From contig OZ076409.1 in NCBI GenBank assembly GCA_964187785.1, positions 90,894,001 through 90,958,000 on the forward strand: 64,000 nucleotides of DNA. Reading direction: 5' to 3'. Positions within the stretch are counted from its first letter, which is position 1, and the number at the start of each line of letters is the position of its first letter. This DNA comes from Amphiscolops sp. MND2022 (Eukaryota). This document shows, piece after piece, positions 1 to 11,200 of the stretch. The notes under the pieces are model-generated. The model did not search any database. It saw nothing but the letters and a program-made list of their open reading frames with translations, and was not told the origin of the DNA. The position numbers were made by a program, and so were the translations under genes.

Positions 1-272
1 GACCAAGTAAAAATCCTAGAACACATTTCGAAAATCGTGACGACATTAAATCGTCACTCAGAAAAGAGATCATGTCTGATCTCACCAAAATACTAGCTGA
101 AAACCAAAAAGAAATGCTGAAATTGATAGCTGCTACCATTAAAAACCCAATAGCTCCCAAAACTTGGAAAATACCGACTCAGAGCCGGACAATATTTTCC
201 CAGCTAATACATCATCTCCAATCAGATCAAAAGCGACTATCCAAGAAACAACACCAGTGAATAGTCATAACA
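1..272 (+). mobile_element. Probable right end of an LTR from a related family, with decayed gag N-terminus
   Basis: Frameshifted ORF ENQKEMLKLIA...ENTDSEPDN..TTPVNSHN resembles the LTR-encoded gag segment (GQREILKMIE) of the main element; ends ...ATAACA. Confidence 0.35.
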
Positions 273-472
273 ATTGTATCACAAAATCTTCGGTTCAAAT
301 TCTTTCTAGATTGCCATTCATTGAGATCTGCAGGTATGCTGTTGACTAGAAACATTCCATTTCGAATTTTCTTTTGTCTTTTGGATCTACTGTACCACTC
401 TCCAGATTTTCTTTTCGGTTTCTCAAAATTGTGCGTCTTTAGCTGTTCATTTTGTTTAGTATTTTTGAAACA

Positions 473-938
473 AACAAGACGGGAACGTCCCGAGTCGGCG
501 CCATATCTAAGTCTCAAAGATAGCAAAAGGACTTCAAAATGTCAAAGTATTGGTAAATTGGGGACACTATTATGAAAAACAATTTTGAAGAAAAGTCCCG
601 CAATGCCGAAAAAACTGAAAGGGGGGAACGTTTGAGATTTTTCAACATCCATTCTGTCGGAAAATTCCAAAAAATTGAAGGGGGACCCTTCGGTGATTTT
701 TTTTTGAAACAAAATCTCACAGAGCCGAAAAACTGAAAGAGGGGACCCTTTGGCCCCGTTCAGTTTCTTAGATGATGTAAAAATAGTACTTCGTAAGCTA
801 AGTAAGAATTATAAGAAATTAAAAAATTGTAAGAATTGTAAGAAAAATGGACCACGCAGAGTGAGATTGTCAACTGAAAAAAAGTACTCACTGTAATAGT
901 CGGGCTTTTTCCTTAAGGGAAAAGGCGCCGACTAAAAA
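473..938 (-). mobile_element. Non-autonomous Helentron-like element (HINE/DINE-1-like)
   Basis: Sub-terminal inverted repeats AGTCGGCGCC / GGCGCCGACT, 5' stem-loop at ~897-934, 3' mini-hairpin GACG-TTCC-CGTC, T-rich ends, internal GGGGACCCTT repeats. Confidence 0.65.
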
Positions 939-1541
939 CAAGTGTTTATGTTCGCCAAAAATAGTTCGGATGCTTTAGAAATAACACTGCGAGCTAGAAT
1001 TTTATCCACTGTTGGAGCATGTGAGAATTTCACGAGGATTGATTTAGGTAACGAATCTCCAGCATTGAATATGCCCAAACGGTGGAATTACGAAATTTTA
1101 GCAGGGTTCACAGCAAGGAATTTTGTAAACGTTCAGAAACTTTTTATCATGTTCGAATATTTCTATTCGAGCTGACTTTTGTCCTCAAATTTTGAGTTTT
1201 ATTTTTTTGCTGATTCAAGATTTTCAATTTTGCTGGTTTTGCAAGCGCATAACCATTGAGAGACTCAAATTCGGAGTACTTAGCTTCGGGTAGTTGAGGG
1301 TTTTTCCCTAGCATGGGTGAGCCAATCCTTGTTTTGATAGCCTCGAATGTCTGCTTGAAGTCACCCAGGTCCCACAGAACATCGATGACAGGCTTCTACG
1401 ATTGCACTTTCTTCGAGCATCGAGCAAACACAAATTACACAAAAAGACCATTTTGGGGGACCTCTCAAGAAAGTAGAATTACTCCTTAGTATAGCTCATG
1501 CATGAGTTGTGTGTCCATACTGAAACATTCCTTAACAGTAC

Positions 1542-3434
1542 TGTGTTGACCGTGATTTAGCCGTAAATCATTCGGTTCAACTGTTCCGGGTCTAAAATAC
1601 GTATTCTCCAAGTCTTCATCATCGGGATCGTGGTGTGCGTTGTAGGACGGGTTTTCTGCTAGAGTGTCTATCTTGGAGGCTAGATTCTCTATCATTTTCA
1701 AAATCTCACGTTGTCCGATTTCCGTGTCCTTAATTCTTTTGCTGACGGACTTTTCTATCTTTTCGGATAACTCGTTGAAATCCTTGTCAGACAAGCAAGG
1801 AGTATTCTCAGTCCTCATGCTGGAAGACTCAGGTTCGTCTGCTGAATTCACTGGGGAATCTCGCCTAGCTTTCCTTTTCGAGCTTCTCTCGGGCATTTTG
1901 TTCAAGTTTAAATTCTCAATTTTCTTTAGAAGAAATCTAAGTAGAATCTTGAGCAGAGGAATTTGAAGTTTTGAAACTTTCAATTATTTTCAACAAAAGA
2001 CAATTGCTTGCGATAAACAACAAAATTTTAACTAAATATGGCCTCTTGGTCCCATCATATTTATACCTTCCGATAGAGGAAGCAAGGAAAAGACACGCAC
2101 ATACTTCACATTTCGTTCAGCCCGGCGTCCATCCGAGGCAGGGAAACCGGAAATTCAGTTCCGCTTAGTCGAACTCAGGCTTTCAGTTTGTTCATGCTTC
2201 CCGGGGAAAGCAAGCGTCCACTTCCGGCCTGAGTTGCGACTTCGCTTTCCTTCCTCTCCAATCTCCCGCCTCTTCGAGACGCCGAACTGAACAACTAGCA
2301 AAAACACACGCTGTGACTCATCAAACGAAGTTAACAAACTGCACTAAATTTGGGAAGAAACGATGACAGTCAAATTCCTTTTACAGATATTCTCTAATTA
2401 AAATAAATTAGCAACAAAATGAGAGAAATTAAATGGAAAAAGTATGATAAACTGCAAAAGGGAGAGTAGAGTCTTTTCTACGGTGTATTTGGTGATGTTT
2501 TAAATAAAACGGCAAAGCCTGGTCCCAGGCCATGGTCCTGGACGGACAAATTGGTTCAACAAAATACAGTGATTATAAACAGTGCACAGCATCAGAGACA
2601 TTATTTTATGGAATAATAAATGCAATTAAACGGTAACGTGTTTAGAAAATGGTATATGCATGCAATTAACCCTTGGTTTGCATTTTGACATTGAGCCTTT
2701 GGCTCAGGCCACGGTTCAGGCTTATTTACTGATTAGACGCCATTTACATGTAAAAGTACATTATATGTAATATTCCAATCAACAGTATTATTTAGGATCA
2801 TCAGTGATGGCTATTAGAGTTATTTCGAAACAAAGTTACATGTTAGCATCGACACTTTCTAATTTTACGGACAGTTCGCTGTATTTTCATTCTCAGGCCG
2901 CGTCTCAGGCCGCGGTCCCAAATATTGTAATGAATTGGCGCGGGAATCTCAATTATTGGTATATATACAAAACTGCACTGTCGATGAAGCACTGCATTAG
3001 CCATTAGTTTGTATACATGTATTCACTGTAAGGGAATGCTTGTGTATTGGTTTACAAATCTCAGGCCGCCTGCCAGGCCACCGTTTTAGTGAGCGCATTT
3101 GAGGCCGGCCGCCAGGCCGCAGTTCCGTTCAAGAATTAATTGACTGCTTGTCAGGTTGAGTGTTTTACGTAGTATTGATATTAGCACTATATTATTAACA
3201 TTATTAACTGCACTTTAGCTCCGTTATTCGTAAGTACGTATTTAAATAAGTGTACATTAATATAGTAATATTAATATATATGTTTATTTATTTAATTGTT
3301 TCAAATTTAGCGCCTCTGTTTCTAATTGTCCCTTTGTTGTTTCTTTCTTGTTCTTTCCTCTCTTTTCCCAATTTATTCTTTGAAGACTGGGTTACACATG
3401 TTGCAATACTCACAGCTTATGCGGGGCTGTGACA
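1542..3434 (-). repeat. 3' LTR (1,893 bp)
   Basis: Copy of 15172-17064, preceded on the minus strand by a purine-rich tract. Confidence 0.97.
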
Positions 3435-3933
3435 GTCCTCGGCTTCTTTGCCCAGTTCCCTCTGGAAGAAGAAATTGGGAAATGGATCGGATCGGGGTGT
3501 CGAACAAGGTAGGTAAGTCATCTCTCATTGAGTCATAAGAGCGCCAAGTGGAAATGCTGGACCAACTGCTGCCTGACCAGTATCCTTCGGAGCTGCTGTC
3601 GGTCTCGCTGACCGGGCTTATAAATGCGTCGTCAGGTATGACCGGGCTTATAAATGCGTCGTCAGGTATGACCGGGTTTTCAGTCGTGAAGCGGCGGATA
3701 ACTTTGTTTTCTGCTTCTTCATTTATCATCTGTGGTAATTGGCTGTCGTGTACCAAGACGATGTGCTGGTCTTCGGTTTTAATGATTTCGTAAATAGTAG
3801 GACAGCGTGCAGGATTAATTAGCTGATAATTAGGCGGCGGTGTACCGGGCCTTTGGTTGGGTTGCTGCTGTTCATCTCTGTCAAGAATAAAAACATTTTC
3901 GTTTATTTGGCTGCTTGAGTTTGCGTGATTCAT
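3373..3933 (-). CDS. Small accessory ORF (186 aa) of unknown function, reading through the PPT into the 3' LTR
   Basis: ATG-initiated ORF with TATATAA about 125 bp upstream (4057-4063, minus), an in-frame 30-bp tandem repeat (PVIPDDAFIS x2), a PPNY motif and terminal CEYCNMC. Confidence 0.45.
   Translation of the reverse strand: MNHANSSSQINENVFILDRDEQQQPNQRPGTPPPNYQLINPARCPTIYEIIKTEDQHIVLVHDSQLPQMINEEAENKVIRRFTTENPVIPDDAFISPVIPDDAFISPVSETDSSSEGYWSGSSWSSISTWRSYDSMRDDLPTLFDTPIRSISQFLLPEGTGQRSRGLSQPRISCEYCNMCNPVFKE
3435..3453 (-). promoter_or_regulatory. Polypurine tract (imperfect)
   Basis: Minus strand GGGCAAAGAAGCCGAGGAC directly abuts the TG start of the 3' LTR. Confidence 0.6.
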
Positions 3934-4151
3934 TGTAGTGTCAACTAAGCGTCAGTCAATTTTGTAGTACAACTGATTTGCTCCGCTTGGAAGATTCGTT
4001 CACACGGTTTGTGTTAACTCCATGAATTGTTCAGCTGGCAGACTGAACAAATCTCCTTATATAGTAGATAACTTTTGATATTAGTAATTCCTTGTTTTAC
4101 GCCACATCTTCTTTGATTTTATGCTGATTGCTATTTTTAGATTGTTTGATA

Positions 4152-7100
4152 ATGAGTTCAACTGAAGAGGATAATGTCCTTCAGCGTCAAAGTCGAGGAG
4201 CTGGTTTTATGGAGAGTGAGTTGGAGTCTGAGTCTGTCGGTGGGTCTATCATTCGAGGTGAAAAAGAAGTTACTGGTAGTGGTGATCAGGATGAGAATGA
4301 GGAGGCTGGTGTCAGTGCTGCTGGTTCGAAAATACGTGGGTTCGGCGAGAAAGATGTGGATGATGACGAGGCCGAGTGTCCCGAGGAGACTGGATCTGTT
4401 CATTCGGATAGCAGTGATGCCCGTCATGAACTTGACTATCTTGCCAATAAGAAAGGTAAACTTTTCTAGAAATTGATAGGTGGCCAGCCTTTTCTAGGTG
4501 TCTGCGAACGCGTTCTTTTGATCTCTACTTTGTATTTAGTGTCTGATGATGAAACTGATGACGATTATCGCCCTTCCGCTAGTACCCAATCTCAGGGCAA
4601 GAAGAAGCGTCGTGCCAGTCGTGTGCCTTCTGTCGGGAGTGTGGGGCCTTCCAGACGGGTAAAGTTGGCTGATATAATCTCTGGGTCTATGCCTGTGCCG
4701 CCCACACTGCGTGACAGTTCTGGGAACGAGTATGAGCCACCTGTCATCAGCGCATCCAAGACTCTTGAAAGTAGGTATTCTTTCTTCTTTCTTTGTATGG
4801 CGTTAGGAATTTTATGGGTGTGTGGTTTTGTGCTTTTGTCCATATTATTCCTCTGGTTGTGCACTAATTGTGATGTTATAGTCGTTGATCCTGGGTCTCA
4901 TGCGGTACCGGCGACATCGGAGGAGAGTGATGTCTTTGTCTGTGATCCGTCGCAGGAAACCCCGGCTGCAGAGAGTGAGGCTGTGTCCGTGTTGCCTGAT
5001 TCTGGGGCTCGTTTTGAGAGGAGACAGCACTATCGTCCAGCAGTTGGCCTGGAGCCGTCCACCATCCACAATGAATGGGAAAAAGGTATGTGTATTTGGT
5101 TTGTGTTCTTCCATACTCTGGTACTGGTGGTTTTATTGTTGGATGTTATCTGTCATTCGCCTGTGAGGAGGGGGGGTTTCTTCATTTGTTAGTTGTAAGG
5201 CAAGGTTTTCTCTTCTGTTTAGCTGGATTAGAGTCTGTGCCTTCTGGGTCTCCAGTCATTATGTCTGCCGCACAGTGTGTGATGTTCGCTCGATGTGCTG
5301 CCCGGAGCGAACGGACTGAAGCCATGAAGGAGACGAAGACTTTGGCTAAACGTAAGTTGTTGTCTGCAACTCTTTTTATCTGCTGTTCTATGAACTGTTT
5401 TGTCTGTATTTTCCGCTTGGTCTGTCCTGTTACTGCTGTTTGTTTTCGGGTTTGATTTGATTTCCAGTTGTTGTGGAGAGTGTTGTGTTTTAGAATTCGA
5501 GGAGTTGTCACGGCTGTTGAAGGCAAAAGGCATTGATGCCAATGATCCTAGTCGTGTGCTAGATCCCATTGAAGTGCGGAAGGAAAAACTGTTGGCCCGC
5601 GACGAGGAAAAGGCGAAACGGCAGTCTGAGCGTCATGTCCTGACAAAGGCTATGTGTCATCATGCCCTCCCGCGTTTGTTCGTGAGTCGCCGGAGTGACA
5701 AGAATCCCAACGGGTTCAACTGTGCCATCTGCCGCAAGGATGTCTCCTTTCTGTCCCGGGGTCCTCGGGGTATTTGGCGGCATTTCAAATGCAAGGGGCA
5801 TTACTTGAAAGACCGGAGATATCGTTACGACCATGAGGACGTTATCTTCACAGAAGATTTTGACGCGATTCCCGTGGGTGAGATATCTGCAGAGTTGCGG
5901 GAAGAAATTGAGAAGACGCCCCCTGTTACGCTCGGCAAAATGAACCCTTTCCTTGAGGACGAGGTGGATGCACTGGTTGGCGTCCCGTCCAATGTGCCAC
6001 CTTCGACGCTCGTGGGTTGTCTTCTGGAGCTTCTTAGGAGTGGCGGTTCGCAAGTGTTCTTACGCCGCTTGTGGAACCAGTTTAGAACCACTCTGCCGGT
6101 CGAGAGCCCGTACGCTTCTGTTACCTGGAGCAAAACTGAGACTCTTGTGGTGTTGGTGCAGACACTGTACCCACGTGTGCTGAAACGTGTGAGGACTTGG
6201 CTGGGAGACAGTCCCTTTAGCCTGGTACTACAGCAGTCCCGTTCCAGTGTGAGATGTTTTGTTCGGTGTTGCACAGATGACTCGACCCGTGAGATTTGTA
6301 TCGCTGATGAAGATCAGGCTGCTGTTTCCTGTGAATCCGAAATTCAATGCTTGTCTCGTGCCTTATCGTTGGTGTCAACTCGTCGTGGACCCGTCTCTGT
6401 TGAAAATTGTTCTCCAGTTCTTTTCAACGCCTACGTCGATTGGTGTCGAGCCGTCGGGCGGCCTGTGCCTCTAGTTGCTGTGTCTTTTGATGGTGATCTG
6501 TTGCGGCGTATCGTGAACGAGGCTGGTCTGTCATGTGTGGGATCAGTGGATGCCTTCGCTGTGGTTGAGTATCTTGCGCAGCGTTTGAAGAGGGTCCGCC
6601 ATCAGGCCTGGCTCCTGAATCTGCCCCAATTCCGTCTCTGCCTGGATGGTGGTGAAGTGTCATTTGCTGTTCTCTGTGATGTTCTGGAGGAGTTGTTGTC
6701 AAATTGGTCGGATATAAAGATTTGTCTTGCTAATGATATGCTGCTGATGAAGAAGTCCATTAATGTGGTGGATCTTGATTCTTTGCTGTGTTCGGACCGA
6801 TTGGGACTGCCGCGTCTCGCCTTGTTGCATGTGGTATTGCTGTGTTTCCGGACTAACTGTGCGAAGCTATTTGATTCATCAGTTAAGGATTATGCCTGCA
6901 GGAACTTCGTTGACTTCTGTTTTTTCTACTGGAGTCTGCTGAGTAAGGTCAAGAAGGTGGGTCAGTTGCCTTCAATTGATTGTTGGTCTGAGTATATCGA
7001 CCAGCCCTTGACAAATTGGCCCAACGTTGCTGCTGGTGAGTGTCTCCAAGGTGAGCCTAGTATCCTAAAGGCTCTGCGTGGGTTTGACGTTACGCCTCGA

Positions 7101-7910
7101 CGAGCTTTCTTGAAGGAGTGTCAGACTTTCTTGCTGGAGTTGCTCAAACAGCTCAGGGCATCCAGTTACGCCAGTTCTCGGGTCGCCCGCTCTCTCAGTT
7201 GCCTGAGTGTGGACATGTTGCTCGGCGGAGATGCAGGTTACGTTGTGGAGTTGTTTCAGGACTTGGTCGCCTGTTTCCAGGAAGCTGGTTATTTGGGTAG
7301 TCTGGATCGAGAAGCTGCTGTAAACGAGTTCAAGTCGTTGGTGGTGGATCTTCGGCAGTTATCGACCGATGCCTCTCAGATCAAAGACGTGTTTGTTTAT
7401 CTGGAGGATAATACCATTTATCAGTGCCGCGCCCATGTGAAACAAGTAGTTCGTCTTGTGCGTGTTATTGTTGGGCCTGCTCCTGCTACCATGCCTGTTG
7501 TGGACATCTCTATGAGTGGAACAAATCTGCCGCCTAGTGTTATCCGTTCTGGGCTGAGTGCTGTTCAGTCATTTGTTTTGCATCCAAAGTTTGTCGTTGG
7601 TGAGTTGCTGACCGTAGGGTGTCTGGAGGAGTTAAAAGTCAACCTGCCTGTTGGGCATCGGTTCCTGGCACGGACTGAGTTTGATCCTTGGACTGATGTA
7701 TGCCGCCATTCTCGTGCTGGGATTTTTAATGACTTGCTCCAGTGTTATACGGCGTATTATACAGGGCAGGTTGAGGAGTGGAGGGCCCGTGTGACAACTG
7801 TTGGTGCTTCTACCAGTGCTGTTCCTGGGGGCAGTCAAAGTGGAGCTGGCTCTTCGTCAAAAGGACCGAAGAGTAGTACCCGGGCAACGCGGTCTGGGAA
7901 GTCGACCTGA
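4152..7910 (+). CDS. Spliced antisense cargo gene, ~1,094 aa; exons 4152-4455, 4540-4770, 4882-5085, 5223-5351, 5494-7910; BED-like C2H2 zinc finger, possibly hAT-transposase-derived
   Basis: Four GT-AG introns (84, 111, 137, 142 nt) with donors GTAAAC, GTAGGT, GTATGT, GTAAGT and T-rich TAG acceptors. All are phase 1 and join four separate ORF-track ORFs into 3,285 nt (1,095 codons including stop). Motif CAICRKDVSFLSRGPRGIWRHFKCKGH. Confidence 0.8.
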
Positions 7911-8267
7911 AGACATGATGATTTTGAACTTTTGCTGGTGAATTGATTGACTCCTTGTATATAGACTGTTTATTTATTTGTTGCTTGTATTAGCGGTTCC
8001 GCAAGTCGGTTCCTTTGTAGTGAATCAAAATACACAGAATGATATGCTCTGGTATTATAGGGCAAAGAAAAAAAATCAGAAAAAAAAACAGAGAGGAGAA
8101 GTTGAGGCAGCTCAGTGCTTTCCTGGGCTAATTAATTCAGTATTTAGCCTCCGAATTGTTTTCATCCAAGTCGTAGAGTATAGTAGTTTGAGTGAAAGCC
8201 ATTGTGAAATGAAGAGATTTGAGATTCAGTTTGTAGGGATGCTGTCTAGGCCAGTGCCTGGGGCTAA

Positions 8268-11200
8268 TTAATTTTCTGATCTCGGGCTGCCGTCTGGGCC
8301 GAGGTCTGCTAAAACTTGAAATTCTGGGTCGTCGTCCAGGCTACCGGTTGATTGTGCCGGGCTTGTTGAGTTAGCTGTTAAGGCATTGTAATAGGCGTAA
8401 TCGGGCTTCCAATTTGACGTCGGGTTTCTTCGAAGATTGTATTGGGATTTTCGGGGGGATTTAGGTGTATCTGTGTTTTCTTCGGGTATATCATCTAGGT
8501 CGACTGTTGGGTCCTGTGCCTGATCACTTGGGTAGGTTGGGGTAGGTTCGGGTTCGTATGCCAGGTTAGGGCTTGGGGGTTCAGGGTGGGTGGGGGCATT
8601 GTCTGTTACTGGGGTTGGCAGTATGATCTCGGGTTCGGGCGATTGTTTATTTTCGGGTTGGGGTGGGCATTCGTTGTATAGCTCTTCCCACGCCATTGCA
8701 AAGAGGTCGTCGTGTTGAATTGTTACTTCAGTATCCTGCTGGTAATCTTTGGGTGGAACTGTAATGTCAGGCAGTTTTTGGCTGCTTGCAAAGGGGCGGA
8801 GTCTGATTCTGTGCAGGATCTGGGTGAAATTGGTTTGTAGCTTGCGTATAAGGTAATTATTGTTAGGCAGAGTTTTGACCACGATATATGGTCCCGTCCA
8901 AAGGTAATCTCTAAACGGCAGTTTCGTCGCTTGGCTATGCGCCTTTGGATGTAAAGCATAGCAGTAGTCGTTTACTACTAAGGGGTGAGCTGATGCTTTC
9001 CGGTCATAATAGCGTTTATGTCGGACGTAAGCTTGCATCAGGGCTTGTTGACTGTTGTTGAGGATTTGTTGTGTTTGCTTCAACACTCCCTCGGCTATTT
9101 CGTGGTTGATTGTGGAGGACGCCTGTGGTTTGATGCCATATTTGAGGTCAAGTACGTTGTATGGTACTCTTCCATGGAAAACTCGGCTGGGTTCACAGCC
9201 CAGTGACGTGTGGTATGAGGTATTATAATTTAATACTGCCATTGGTAAAAATTGGTGCCACATCGTTCGCCTCTCTCCTGTCATGATCTTTAGGCTTTCT
9301 TTGAGGGAGGCGTGCGTCCTTTCCAGGATGCCAATTGTCTGGGCATGTTTGGTAGTTGCATGTTTCAGTTGGATTCCAAGGACAGCTGTTGTTTGTTGCA
9401 TTGCCTCCGATATGAACTGGGATCCTTTGTCCGTTATTATCGTTGTGGGAAGGTAACAGTGTCTTGTTATGATATCTGTGAGGACCCGCGTGACAGTCTT
9501 GGTATCGACCCTGGCGACACTATAAGCGAAAAGGTATCGGGAGAATACATCCATCGCTGTAATGACTGCGGTATATCCTCCTGATGGGTCGTCGAACGGG
9601 ACGATGTCCATTTGTAGTGCGTCTTCTGGGCCCAGTGCTACTTTAGACATGTCGATCAGTGGAGGTGTGATGTTGGCATTTGGGGTCCTTTTCGTCTGCG
9701 CACATTCTGGACACTGTGTAATGTGCGTGGCTATGCGGGCGGCTAGTCCTGGGAAGTAATATTTTTCGCGGCACTGCTGGATGGTTTTGGCTATGCCTGG
9801 GTGTTTTCCGAATTTGCCATGGTGGTGTTGTATGAATTCATCGACCAATTGTTGGGTGAGCAATACTTGCAGATATTTGACTTTGCCTGTGTCGCCAAAG
9901 TATTGTCTGTACAGGAGCCCATCCTTGATGATGATGCGGTCGTCCTGAGTGAGGTACTTGGCTGCTCTGGGGTCATCATTCAGTAGTTGGGTGTCATATG
10001 GTTCTTTTAGGATTTTCAGTTTGAGGTTTCTAAGGACGGGGTCCTGGTCTTGGTGTGGTCTCAAACTGCGTGGGAAACTAGTGTCATTGTGTAGTAGACG
10101 CCGCTGTTCCTGTTCTGGGTCTTGGATGTTGTTACAGACCAGGGGTAGGTTCTCAGGTTGAGAGATGGTTTGGTCAGTTTCGTTCATTGGATCAGTGCTT
10201 TTTTTATATGGTGAATAGATCTGTTTGCGGGCTTGTTGTTTCCGCTCCCAGATGTCCTCTTCGGTCTCTGAGTCGTCCTCTGGTAAAAAATAGAATTGAT
10301 CTTCCTCATGGATGTCGGAAGATTGGATGTTCACCTGGATCGGTGTAGTTTGTATATCTTCTCTGATTTGGAGAAGGACTTTTTCTTTGGGGCTGATGTC
10401 GAGACGGGAGAGGAAATCAGCTGCAGTATTCATTCTCCCTGGCACATGGGCGATCTTGAAGTGAAATTGTAATACGAAATCGCAGGCATTCCAGAGGGAG
10501 GGGGGAATCATCTTGGTTTGAAAAAACCTGGTGACCGATTTATTGTCAGTTAAGACAATAGTTGGTTTGGAGGAACCCCACAAGATGTGGCTGTATTCCA
10601 TAAATGCAAAATAGATGGCCAAGAATTCTTTGGCGTAGATCGACATTTTCAGCTGGGACGGTGAAAAGGTCTTTGATCCAAATGCCACTGGAGCGTAAGT
10701 CTTCTTGGTGGAGGTGATCTTTTGTTCGGGGTCCTCTTCCGTCATCAAGGCATATCCGGCGTTCTTGAAGCTTGCGTCTGTCATTAGCACGTACTGCCGG
10801 TTTGGCAGTGGCTGTTTGAGCCAAAGGCCGCATGCGTTGTCCAGTGACTTGTTGATGGCTTCAAAGTTGGAAATGAGGTCTTGGTCGATCTTTACCGGTT
10901 TGTCTGATTTGATCAGTTCATGGAACGGGGCGATTTTCTCTGACAATCGGGGAATGTAATTTCTGTAGTAGTTTACAAACCCGATGTATCTTTGAAGTCC
11001 CTTCTTCGTTCGGGGGAATTTGATGGTTTGGAGGTGTTTCTGGATCTTGTGGCTCTGGGGTGCCACTCCTGCTGGGGAAATCGTTCGCCCAAGGAATTCG
11101 ACTTCCTTAGCGCCGAACTGACATTTGGCCATGGTGAGCCGGAGTCCTGCAGCGCGGATGCATTGGAAGACCTCTCTCAAGTTGTTCTTCAACTCCTCGG

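Noticed and set aside
1486..1983. 165-aa ORF as an independent gene
   Set aside because: It is the 3' LTR copy of the gag N-terminus running into flanking DNA.
4771..4881. Hydrophobic TM-like stretch in ORF 4473-5192 suggesting an env gene
   Set aside because: It coincides with a predicted 111-nt in-frame T-rich intron and lies antisense to gag-pol; no env features are present.
5400..5493. Signal-peptide-like start of the 836-aa ORF
   Set aside because: Non-ATG start lying within predicted intron 4.
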